The notes beneath the pieces are model-generated. The model did no database searches, was not told the DNA's origin, and saw only the letters and a list, made by a program, of their open reading frames with translations. A stretch of DNA of 64,000 nucleotides from Bacteroidota bacterium. GTDB taxonomy: Bacteria; Bacteroidota; Ignavibacteria; UBA10030. A program made the translations under genes and the position numbers. Numbering within the stretch: the first letter of the stretch is position 1; every line of letters starts with the position of its first letter. Location of the stretch: positions 50-64,049 of the forward strand of contig DATJQB010000290.1 of the NCBI GenBank assembly GCA_035506075.1. Reading direction: 5' to 3'. Of the stretch, positions 1 to 9,134 are shown piece by piece.

Positions 1-29
1 TCATAGATCTTGCCCTCATAGTTGTTTGA

Positions 30-2594
30 TTATCGTAATATCGAGAATTGACCGATCTTCTTGTCGCCCGTTGGTGATTCCACGATATAGAGGTAGAGCC
101 CGCTGGCACACTCGAGACCGTCTTTCGAGAACATGTCCCAGAATGTGCTTCCCTTGTTCGCATCGGACGAACTAAAGTAGATCACGTCGATAATCTGTCC
201 TGCCACGTCCGTGATGGTGATCTTGCATTGCGGGGGCAGATTGTAGAAGAGGAGCTTGTGATCGTACACGTTGGCCCTGTTGTCGTGCAACGCGGCCTTC
301 TTGTACGGGTTCGGCCGAACACTGACATTGCCAACCTGTCCAGCCGGAGCAAGAGCCGAGTACACAATCTGCACGGCACCAATGCCCTTCAGGCCGGTGG
401 ATGTTGCAGCGGCATCTGTTGTTGATGTCTTGCCGTAGTTGGCGTTCAGGGTCGCAAACGGGAAGGTGAGCTGCCACAGACCTGATGCACCGTTCCTGTT
501 CGTGGAGTGTGTCTCGATACGGTTCGTTGTTTCGCCGTCCGGACCTGTGTAGGTTCCCTCTTTGTATGCAGCCACGTAGTACCAATACGAGAACCCAAGC
601 ACCACATCCTTGTCCTCATATCTGTAGTTGTAACCGCTGGTCTGCGCCAACGGCAGCGTTGAAAGTTGAGCCTTCGGAATCACGGCAAGCAAATCCCATG
701 TGCCCCACGTGTCGGGCTGGTAGGAACCTTGTGATGCCGTGGCGTTGACCTGTCCAAACGCATCAAACTTCGGATTGACGGGCTTCTTCAGGTTGTCGGG
801 AACCGAACCAGGAGTCATGTTTTCCTGGTACCGGTCGGCATCCCGCATACCGTCTGTCAGGAAGTACTTCTTGACGTACTGGGACGACTTGTAGATCTTG
901 TATCCCGCAAAGTCGGGATCCGTCTCCGCCCGTTTGTCCCACTCAACTGCGACTGACTTCGTCAGAGTGTTGGTGACTTTCATATCAGGAAGCGGCGGGA
1001 GAACCGGGATCTTGTAATTCTGAGCATACGCCCAGCGTGCTGCACGGACCGCCTTTTGTATTCCTTCGAGACGGTATCCGGCAACCGTCGCCATGACGAT
1101 CGTCATCGACTCGCCGGGTGCAAGGCTGAACGGCCCGACACCTGCAAACATGTCGCCGTTGAAGTTTTCAGTATTGCTGGCGCCCTTTGTCCACCTGCCC
1201 CATCCGGTTGGATAGAGGGTGGTGGCATCTGCGTGGCCGTCTTCATACGACGGTGCATCGAAGATGTTGCTGGACTTGAAGTCGCCATCCGGTCGTGTTG
1301 CACCAGCGGTCTTCGGTACGAATGTCGTCACATCGCCCGCTGTGCCGCCCGAGAAGAAGTTTGTATTCGGGTTCAGGTTGAACTTGGTCGCATCCGTCTG
1401 CCGGGTCTTGCCGCCATCGACATACCAGACACCCGTGGCGGTCAGGAACTGTGCGTTCGGTGTGCCGGAGCCCCAGATCTGGGCCTGGCTTCCACCGGAA
1501 ACATACCATCCGCGCTGGACACCAACACCGACCGGATCGGTTCCGAAGATTGTCTTCTTCGTCGCATTGCCGACAACCGTCGTTGACTTGTCCGTCGGAA
1601 GTCCTCCCTGCTTCGCATCGATAATCACGAAGCCGGACCAGACATCGGTGTACCATTTGCGGGCACCGGTATTGAAGCCGATGTCGACGTTTCCGGGACT
1701 CGGATTCAACACGGACGCACTCGGGAGCATTGCGCTGAACGCCCAGGGATATCCATTGGGATCGGGATCATCAATCCACGCTGCCTGCGCAACGAGAGGC
1801 GTCAGGGTGACGTCGTTGTTGTTACGAACGCCGCCGCCATAGCTGCCAACGGACATGTAGCGCTCTTCGGAGAAGCTGAATGCAAGAGCCTTGATCGTGT
1901 TGTTCACTTTTTCGGCAACACCGTCCATGTTCATGTCCAGATTGCCGGTGTTCTTGAATTCAAGCTCGAGAATGACGAAGTCATTCAGGTTGTCCCAGTT
2001 CGGACCCGCAAAGCCGTGTGCGCGGATCTTCACGTCGATACCCACGTTTGTCGGCCACGCTGCTTCGTACACCACGTGCTGCCGGCGATTGCCATCGACC
2101 CAGGCGGGTTCAAGGGCGTAGTGCCGGGAGTTGTCCGTTGCTCCTGCCAGGGTCGGCATATACGTCAGCTGTGCATAGTTCGCACCGCCGCCGGAAGCAA
2201 AGTAACTGGGATTTGTCTTACCACCGATTGTTGACGGGTTGAAGTTTGGATCGGGATCATAGACGCCAGCCCATGCATTCTTGTACCAGTAGTTGGTATA
2301 GAACCATGCGGCAGGCCAGTGTGTGCCGGGGGTCGACCAGGCACGGTCGAAGTTCCCCAGGCGGATAAAGTTGCGGTAGCCTAACGTTGTGTACGTTCCG
2401 GCATCGCTGTAGCTCGGTGTGAAGCTCATCGGCAGGAATGATTCCCATGCATCGCCCGCCTGGATCACACCACCACCCGGATAGTTGACAGTCGAGGTGG
2501 CGGTAATGAGCTGGCCGAACAACGCGCCTGGAGCGACAGCGAACAATAGAGCAAGAATTGCGATAAGCAACCCTTTTTGTCTTGTCATGTTCAT
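30..2594 (-). CDS. Secreted T9SS cargo protein (paralog A) with C-terminal Por/T9SS sorting domain; function unknown
   Basis: 854-aa ORF. N-terminal signal peptide MNMTRQKGLLIAILALLFAVAPGALFGQ. C-terminus ...GLYLYIVESPTGDKKIGQFSILR matches the TIGR04183-type T9SS sorting-domain pattern. The central GPFSLAPGESMTIV...DFAGYKIYKS block is shared with ORF 13658..15601. Lies 47 bp downstream of a TBDR gene. Confidence 0.7.
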   Translation of the reverse strand: MNMTRQKGLLIAILALLFAVAPGALFGQLITATSTVNYPGGGVIQAGDAWESFLPMSFTPSYSDAGTYTTLGYRNFIRLGNFDRAWSTPGTHWPAAWFYTNYWYKNAWAGVYDPDPNFNPSTIGGKTNPSYFASGGGANYAQLTYMPTLAGATDNSRHYALEPAWVDGNRRQHVVYEAAWPTNVGIDVKIRAHGFAGPNWDNLNDFVILELEFKNTGNLDMNMDGVAEKVNNTIKALAFSFSEERYMSVGSYGGGVRNNNDVTLTPLVAQAAWIDDPDPNGYPWAFSAMLPSASVLNPSPGNVDIGFNTGARKWYTDVWSGFVIIDAKQGGLPTDKSTTVVGNATKKTIFGTDPVGVGVQRGWYVSGGSQAQIWGSGTPNAQFLTATGVWYVDGGKTRQTDATKFNLNPNTNFFSGGTAGDVTTFVPKTAGATRPDGDFKSSNIFDAPSYEDGHADATTLYPTGWGRWTKGASNTENFNGDMFAGVGPFSLAPGESMTIVMATVAGYRLEGIQKAVRAARWAYAQNYKIPVLPPLPDMKVTNTLTKSVAVEWDKRAETDPDFAGYKIYKSSQYVKKYFLTDGMRDADRYQENMTPGSVPDNLKKPVNPKFDAFGQVNATASQGSYQPDTWGTWDLLAVIPKAQLSTLPLAQTSGYNYRYEDKDVVLGFSYWYYVAAYKEGTYTGPDGETTNRIETHSTNRNGASGLWQLTFPFATLNANYGKTSTTDAAATSTGLKGIGAVQIVYSALAPAGQVGNVSVRPNPYKKAALHDNRANVYDHKLLFYNLPPQCKITITDVAGQIIDVIYFSSSDANKGSTFWDMFSKDGLECASGLYLYIVESPTGDKKIGQFSILR

Positions 2595-2641
2595 AGTGTT
2601 ACTCCATAATAATAGTATGGTTCACGTCCAGTGTCGTTCTC

Positions 2642-5600
2642 TTAGAAATCAAACCTGACACCAAAGTAGTACTCACGCGGGATATCATAGAACGGGCTTC
2701 CGTTCAATGCAACTGCGCGCTTGTAGGTACCAGTCGGATCAGGCGTGCCGTTGTTCAACGTCGTCATGCCGGCATTCGAGTACTCCCAAAGTGCCGCACC
2801 AGAGGCCGTGTTGTCGTAGCCAATGATGTTGACCCAGTTGAATACGTTCTTCATATCGAAGTAGACGGAGAAGCGGAGATTCGAAACCGTGAATCCCTTT
2901 TCAATCCGCATGTCAACCTGCTTGTTCCACGGAGCCTGACCAAACACACGGCCGGCGACGCGGGGATCTGCGGTCAACGACAACGGATAGTAGAAACCGC
3001 TCTGGAAGGTTCCCATCGAGGAGAGCATGATCTGGTACGGGAATTCGAAGAACAACACGTACGAAATCCTGTGCGCACGATCGTAGCCGCCCGTCAACAG
3101 GTTGTTTCCACCGACTACGTTGACTTCAACCTTGTTGTACGACCAGAAGTCATCGAACGGCAGCGTTTGGCCATACTTCAGGGTATCCGGACGAGAGAAC
3201 GTGGTCTGCTGCAGAGGATCGTTGCCCGTCCATCCGGTTGCCTTGATATAGCTGTAGGAGTAGTTCACACGTCCATACAGGGTGACGAAATCAAAATACG
3301 TCTGGCGCAGCGCCTGGAGTCCGAACTCAACACCGCGGGCATCAGCGTACTGCGCTGTGAGCCACATCGAGTTCGAACCGTTCGCGAGGTTCAGGGAGAC
3401 AGCCTGGTAGCTGTAGTTCTCAATGTCACGCATGTACGCAGAGAACGTCAACCCAAACTTCTTCGGAACAAATTCCCACTGAGCGCCGATTTCGTAGTTC
3501 GACGAAATCGTCGGCTGCTGCTGCAGACTTGCAAACTGCGGAAGGCCGCCGGCCGCGCCGAGCACTTCGTTGTAACTCGCATAGAGGCGTGAGTACGGAG
3601 GCGGAATGAAATTGCGCGAATAAGAGAAGTACATCGCCGCTTCATCGGAGATCGGGTGCGACACGCCGATACGCGGTGAGAAGAACCAGTACGGCTTCAC
3701 GTTGGTCGACTGGCGCAGCGGAATCAGATCGTTCCGAAGGCTGTCGTCCACCATCGCCGGCTGATTGACAAACAGGTTGTAGTAGCTCAACCAGTCAGCT
3801 GCTTTGGGATCCCAACGGTCGATACGGGCACCGAGGTTGATCACGAGACCCGCATATTCCATGCGATCCTGCAGATAGCCGCCGTACATCGTCGGCTTGA
3901 AGTCCCAGTCTTCAACAAGCAGCCTTCTCCTGACGTCCGTCGCATCCGCGCCCAGACCGGAGTTTCTCTGGATCCGGCTGATATCGTTGAACTGGAACGA
4001 CACACCGGCCTTCAGCTGGTTGTGGTAGTCAGCCTGGCTGGTAATGTCAAACTTGACCGTGTTGGTCAGGTTCTTCGTGTTTTCATAGATAAACTGCGGC
4101 CGCGTGATGCCGACCTGCGTATTGCCGGAGGTCATTGGCTGTGTAATAAAGCTCGGGCCGGCCTCGTCGCCAATACGGAAGAACTTGTAAAGATCGACGC
4201 CGGATCGGGAGACATATTTATCCACGTCGGCTGTTTTTTCGAGCGTAATAAAATTGCCATTTTCGTTGAGACCGCAGAAGCCATCGCCGTTATCGTCGCA
4301 ATAGCCATAGCGGTCCTGCTGGAATTTCGAGCTAAGCTGAATCTCGTAGAACGTGCTGGGTGAAAGCACATGGGTCATTTTCACGCTTCCCGTTGCGCCC
4401 ACACCGTCGTTCTTCGGCACGCCCTCGAGGAAATACCGCCACTGGTCGTTGTAGAAGGTGTTCTTCCATCCGAAGAGTCTGCCTCTGTCATTCAGGATTC
4501 CAAAGGCATTCAATTTGATGTTGCTGCCGAGGTTGTAGGTCGTCTTCAACGTGAAATCGGCCTCACGCTCGTGTTCGTTCGGCAGACGATCGTGCGAATC
4601 GAAGTACCGGCCGCTGAACATGAATCCCCAATCCTTTGTAATACCGCCGCTGATCATACCGTCGATATCCATCACCGGCTTGTCCTGATTGAGGTACTTC
4701 CCCTTGGTGTAGGTGTATTTCCCCGCCTTGATGCTGTCCGACGTAATGAGCGTCTGACGTGCGGCTGTCGGGGCTGTCGCCTGGAGGGTCTTCAGCGAGT
4801 CTGTGGCACGCTGTGTTGCGTTCCGCTCGTCGAAGTACACCTGATCGTTCCAGTAGAGATCCGGGCCGACGTATTTCAGGCCGTTCATCTGGCTTGACTT
4901 GACGGAGAAGCTGCCCGTCAGGTTGCCGCGTCCTTCACGGAGGGAGTAGTTGATAAGGCCGGCGGTCGCCGAAACGTTGTCTGCACCGACTGCGCCGGTA
5001 TTCACGGACATCTGCTCAATGGAGTTGAAATTGACGGAGTTCGTTGTGCTCAATTGGTAGTTTCTGTATCGCACAAGGCCGCCCGATGTCGAGAGGATGT
5101 TCTGGTTCGCCTGATCGGCACCAATCGCGTAGTACTGGTCGGTGACGTCGACGCCGTCGACGATCGTTTTGGTTTCCGTGATCTTACCGCCGCGGACGAA
5201 CCCTTTGTAGGCGCCCGGCGTTGTGTTCAGGACATCCAGAACGGACGTGATCGGCAGCTTGTTGTCCAGTTCATCTTTCGTAACGAGGGCTTTCGACGAA
5301 GTCTGCGACTTGTCGACCACTCTCATCTGGGCCTGAACGACCACCTCTTTCAATTCGATCGTTTCCTGCCGCAGGTCAAAATTCAAATCCGAAGTCTGAT
5401 CCGCACGCACCTGTACACCATTGACTTCCGTGCGCGCATACCCCACACTTGATGCCTGAATGGAGTACGTCCCCGGTGGAACGTTGAGGATGTAGTATCG
5501 CCCTTCAGCATCAGTCGCCGCTCCCATCGTTGTGCCCACGACAATCACGTTCGCGCCAACGACGGCTTCCTTCGTGGTGGCGTCCTTTACCGTCCCGGAA

Positions 5601-5686
5601 ATTTTTCCGTTCCCCGCATAGAGGAACGCTGGGATGGCAAGGATTATCAAGAGTATCAGGAGAACTTTGCACCAAGAGGATCTCAT
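2642..5686 (-). CDS. TonB-dependent outer-membrane receptor with N-terminal carboxypeptidase-regulatory-like (CarboxypepD_reg) domain
   Basis: 1014 aa. Signal peptide, then a GKISGTVKD...GANVIVVGTTMGAATDAEGRYYILNVPPGTYSIQASSVGY CarboxypepD_reg-like segment. Plug/barrel-length protein ending in terminal Phe (FGVRFDF), as expected for an outer-membrane beta-barrel. Confidence 0.85.
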   Translation of the reverse strand: MRSSWCKVLLILLIILAIPAFLYAGNGKISGTVKDATTKEAVVGANVIVVGTTMGAATDAEGRYYILNVPPGTYSIQASSVGYARTEVNGVQVRADQTSDLNFDLRQETIELKEVVVQAQMRVVDKSQTSSKALVTKDELDNKLPITSVLDVLNTTPGAYKGFVRGGKITETKTIVDGVDVTDQYYAIGADQANQNILSTSGGLVRYRNYQLSTTNSVNFNSIEQMSVNTGAVGADNVSATAGLINYSLREGRGNLTGSFSVKSSQMNGLKYVGPDLYWNDQVYFDERNATQRATDSLKTLQATAPTAARQTLITSDSIKAGKYTYTKGKYLNQDKPVMDIDGMISGGITKDWGFMFSGRYFDSHDRLPNEHEREADFTLKTTYNLGSNIKLNAFGILNDRGRLFGWKNTFYNDQWRYFLEGVPKNDGVGATGSVKMTHVLSPSTFYEIQLSSKFQQDRYGYCDDNGDGFCGLNENGNFITLEKTADVDKYVSRSGVDLYKFFRIGDEAGPSFITQPMTSGNTQVGITRPQFIYENTKNLTNTVKFDITSQADYHNQLKAGVSFQFNDISRIQRNSGLGADATDVRRRLLVEDWDFKPTMYGGYLQDRMEYAGLVINLGARIDRWDPKAADWLSYYNLFVNQPAMVDDSLRNDLIPLRQSTNVKPYWFFSPRIGVSHPISDEAAMYFSYSRNFIPPPYSRLYASYNEVLGAAGGLPQFASLQQQPTISSNYEIGAQWEFVPKKFGLTFSAYMRDIENYSYQAVSLNLANGSNSMWLTAQYADARGVEFGLQALRQTYFDFVTLYGRVNYSYSYIKATGWTGNDPLQQTTFSRPDTLKYGQTLPFDDFWSYNKVEVNVVGGNNLLTGGYDRAHRISYVLFFEFPYQIMLSSMGTFQSGFYYPLSLTADPRVAGRVFGQAPWNKQVDMRIEKGFTVSNLRFSVYFDMKNVFNWVNIIGYDNTASGAALWEYSNAGMTTLNNGTPDPTGTYKRAVALNGSPFYDIPREYYFGVRFDF

Positions 5687-6498
5687 GATGTTGCTCCTTG
5701 GATGTAGAAGTATATCAGTGAATTAATAACCGTTGTAGAATATAGAGAGAGGATCAAGAAAGACTGTAACGCACAATCGGTATTGCTGTGGATGATGCCG
5801 CTGATGCAGCGTAGCAACTATTCGGTCCCAGCACCTCCCTTCTTTGAATGCGTTGGGTTGGATTGGGGGTGAGATTCAGTTTCAGATTCGCGCACAACGG
5901 AAACGTTACCACAGCTTCTCACACCCTCACCATGCGGCAACACCACGGTGTGAATGGTACGATGGAATTCTTCAGGAAGAGAAGCTTTGAGTTCGCTGCC
6001 ACAACCCCGAAGGGCCCGCGTAGAGCGAGAGTTTCATTAATAAAACTCGGTTTCAGCGGGGGAAGTATAAAACATTTTGCCGGGAATGTCAAGACACGAC
6101 ACTCGACACTTCAAGATAGTACGGAAGGGATTCCTCCAAGGCAATGCGAATCCCCGAGATGTCTGCTTCCCGCGCCGGCACCGCAGCCAATGCGTGACTC
6201 TGCGACCGGTTTTGTGTAGATTCCTGCATCCGGACCGCGTACGCCAACTTCGTTTCAGGATGAAAACGGTGAACCGGCTTCTGCCTTCCGCACCAATTGC
6301 CCGCATTCAATGTCCCCGGGTGGTCGCGTTCACGTCCTCGATGAGTGTCCGTTTCGTCCCACGCACGTGCGTCCGTTGAAACGGATCACCGCACTCTATA
6401 ATAAAGAGGTCAACAACTCAAACCCATCCCCGCCCTGCTCCCGCACCGTGCTCATCCAGCTCCCCATACAACAAAAGGACTGCGGTCCGTCTCATTTC

Positions 6499-8919
6499 GT
6501 GCGATTCCGGAACATCATCGCCGCCGGATTGATGCTGGCCGTTTTTTCCTCCAACGCATCAGGACAAACGTACCGGCTGACCGGCTCCGTCCGCGACGCG
6601 TCAACGAACGAGCTTCTCCCCTTCGTCACGGTCTACGTACGAAATGCGCAACAGGGAACATCCACTGACGATCGGGGCGCCTTCACACTCCGGCTCAAAC
6701 CCGGCACCTACGAAATCCTTGCCAGCCTTGTCGGCTACAAGACTGAAACCTCCAACATCCAGCTGGGACATGATCTCCAGCGCCTCGACCTGAAACTGAC
6801 TCCAACCGATATTCTCCTCCAGGAAGTCACCGTCTATTCCGGCTCGGCAGAACAGGCGCCGCAGTCCGAGACGAGCGCACTGTCGCTCCAGGGGCGCAAG
6901 ATCGTGGAGACGACTACGGTTATCCCCGACGTGTTCCGGTCTGTGCAGACGCTCCCGGGAATTTCATCGGATAACGAGTTCAGCGCAAAGTTCAGCGTGC
7001 GCGGCGGAACGCCGGACGAAAATCTCGTCCTCGTCAACGGCGCCCAGGTCTATGAGCCGTTCCACGTCAAAGAAGCGCCAAACGCAAGCATCGGCATTTT
7101 TAATACGGATATGATGCGTAAAGTTACGTTGGTTACCGGCGGGTTCAGTGCGAAGTACGGCGATAGAATGAGCGCTGTGATGGATATTGAATACCGCGAC
7201 GGGAGCCGGGAGAAGCTCCAGGGCTCCGCCACCCTCAGCATGACCAACTTCGATCTTCTGCTCGAAGGACCGGTGAGCTCAAGCGGGTCCTTCATTGTCG
7301 GGGCACGCAAGAGTTACGTCGAGTATGCACTGTCGATGCTTGGCTTCGACAAATCGATTCGCCCATCCTTCTACGACGTGCAGGGTGTAGCCACCTGGTC
7401 TCTGACTCCCAGGGACAAGCTGCAGTTTGAATTCATTCACGCCGGCGACACGTTTACGCTCGAACCAGGCACATCCCTGGGCGGCCCCTCGATCTACAAC
7501 AGTCAGTACAAAGGAAAAGCCGCGCAGTTTCTCGAATCATCTTCTTCTTCCGAAGGAGAGGATGCTCATTACACGAGCAACCTTGTGGATGTCCAGTGCA
7601 CCGACGTTCTTTCGCCGACGATCTTCGTGAAAAGCGAACTCTCGTACTATCAGCAACTTGAGCACGAATTCAGTTACAATTCCAATCTCTTTGCCCGGGA
7701 TATTTCATCGACGGTGAATTACTTTTACCGTTCGGATCAGGAATATCTGTACTCAAACGATCTGACCATCCGCACCGTCGAGGCCAAGAGTGCTCTCGAG
7801 ATCCAGTTGACACCGTACTATGAACTCAACGCAGGGGGCAGCATCCAGTCGATCTTCTACAATGAACATCTCATCGACCGGCGCACGATCGACGAATCAA
7901 TGAACACGACGCACTATCCGGATACAACGCTCACACACCGGGTTGTTAATTCTGTTGACGCCGCGGACGAGACCATCGACGCGCAATCGTACAAGCTTGC
8001 CTTCTATGCCGAACAGGTGCTCCAGATCGGTGAACGGCTTCTTCTCAACCTGGGCGGGCGGCTTGATTATTTCGCGATCAACCGGGATCTGAACCTCAGC
8101 CCGCGCTTCAACCTGGCCTACCGCCTCGTTGATCAAACAACCCTGCGGGCCGCATGGGGCTTCTATTTTCAGTCGCCCATCTACCGCCAGCTGTCATACT
8201 CTTTTGCTTCAGATACGAACACGAAAGCCCAAAAGGCTGTTCACTCCATTCTTGGCATCGAACACGTCTTTCCCTTCAATCCATCGGTCGGCGCTTCGCT
8301 CACTGTGAAGCTCGAGGGGTTCACCAAACGTTATACAAACCTCATCTCGGCAGCACGAACGAGCAGCGGGCGCATCACCTACTCACGGAAAAATGACGCC
8401 GTCGGTTCTGCGCGCGGACTCGATCTCTACCTGGCCCTCAATCTCCCGCGGTTTTACGGCTGGATCAGCTATGGTCTGCTCGATGCACGCGAAGATCTCG
8501 TCCATGATGCGATCGGCGAATATCCGATGTTTACCGACCAACGGCACACGGCGTCTCTTGTCGGCGAATGGGATCTTGGAAACGGCTGGAGCTCCAACCT
8601 GCGCGTTCAATACGGAAGCGGCTATGCCTACACGCCGTCAGTGGCACAGTATGATGCGCAGAAGGGACAATGGGAGTGGGTTCAGGGAAGAACGAACAGC
8701 GCCACGCTTCCTCCGTACCGCCGCGTGGACACTCGTGTGGCAAGAGACTTCACAATTGCCGGCCTCGCGACATCGGCATTTCTCGACGTGAGCAACGTGC
8801 TGAACTTCACGAACATTCAATCGTACCGTTATCGATTTAACAGCAACGGCCTGCCCTATATAGAATCCGTCAAACTCTGGCCGATTCTCCCAACCCTTGG
8901 GATGTCAGTGAAATTCTGA
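6499..8919 (+). CDS. TonB-dependent outer-membrane receptor (CarboxypepD_reg N-domain)
   Basis: ORF-track frame 6310..8919. Likely GTG start near 6499, giving signal peptide MRFRNIIAAGLMLAVFSSNASGQ. Then a YRLTGSVRDASTNELLPFVTVYV...GTYEILASLVGY CarboxypepD_reg-like domain. C-terminal ...LGMSVKF ends in Phe. Divergent from the TBDR at 2642..5686. Confidence 0.8.
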   Translation: MRFRNIIAAGLMLAVFSSNASGQTYRLTGSVRDASTNELLPFVTVYVRNAQQGTSTDDRGAFTLRLKPGTYEILASLVGYKTETSNIQLGHDLQRLDLKLTPTDILLQEVTVYSGSAEQAPQSETSALSLQGRKIVETTTVIPDVFRSVQTLPGISSDNEFSAKFSVRGGTPDENLVLVNGAQVYEPFHVKEAPNASIGIFNTDMMRKVTLVTGGFSAKYGDRMSAVMDIEYRDGSREKLQGSATLSMTNFDLLLEGPVSSSGSFIVGARKSYVEYALSMLGFDKSIRPSFYDVQGVATWSLTPRDKLQFEFIHAGDTFTLEPGTSLGGPSIYNSQYKGKAAQFLESSSSSEGEDAHYTSNLVDVQCTDVLSPTIFVKSELSYYQQLEHEFSYNSNLFARDISSTVNYFYRSDQEYLYSNDLTIRTVEAKSALEIQLTPYYELNAGGSIQSIFYNEHLIDRRTIDESMNTTHYPDTTLTHRVVNSVDAADETIDAQSYKLAFYAEQVLQIGERLLLNLGGRLDYFAINRDLNLSPRFNLAYRLVDQTTLRAAWGFYFQSPIYRQLSYSFASDTNTKAQKAVHSILGIEHVFPFNPSVGASLTVKLEGFTKRYTNLISAARTSSGRITYSRKNDAVGSARGLDLYLALNLPRFYGWISYGLLDAREDLVHDAIGEYPMFTDQRHTASLVGEWDLGNGWSSNLRVQYGSGYAYTPSVAQYDAQKGQWEWVQGRTNSATLPPYRRVDTRVARDFTIAGLATSAFLDVSNVLNFTNIQSYRYRFNSNGLPYIESVKLWPILPTLGMSVKF

Positions 8920-9134
8920 ATCATTCGGGCGGTTCCGCTCCCGCCGTTTCGGACTCCACGCCGGGGCTCAACAGCCCGTCCGCCACATTCTTCAACATTA
9001 TGAGCCCTGCCGGTAGAGCAACAAATCCCTCCCCTCTCCCGTAAGACTGGAAGGATCAAATCCTCTTGCCGGGTTCCTTCTTCACGACTGCAGCCTCCGG
9101 GCTCCCCGGCTTCAATTCTTGCGGAGATGTTACC

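Noticed and set aside
6310-6498. 5' extension of the TBDR ORF (MSPGGRVHVLDECPF...), plus ORF-track N-terminal extensions of thrA, thrB, thrC, pyrF, the S66 peptidase, ctp, SusD and the LytTR regulator
   Set aside because: The extensions lack signal peptides or conserved N-termini and overlap upstream genes. Starts were moved to the Met (or GTG) that precedes a signal peptide or the conserved family N-terminus. The track appears to allow TTG/GTG starts.
5687-6498. Cobalamin or other riboswitch upstream of the TonB-dependent receptors
   Set aside because: No B12-box (GCCACUG) or other riboswitch core motif was found by eye. Kept only as a low-interest finding that needs an Rfam scan.
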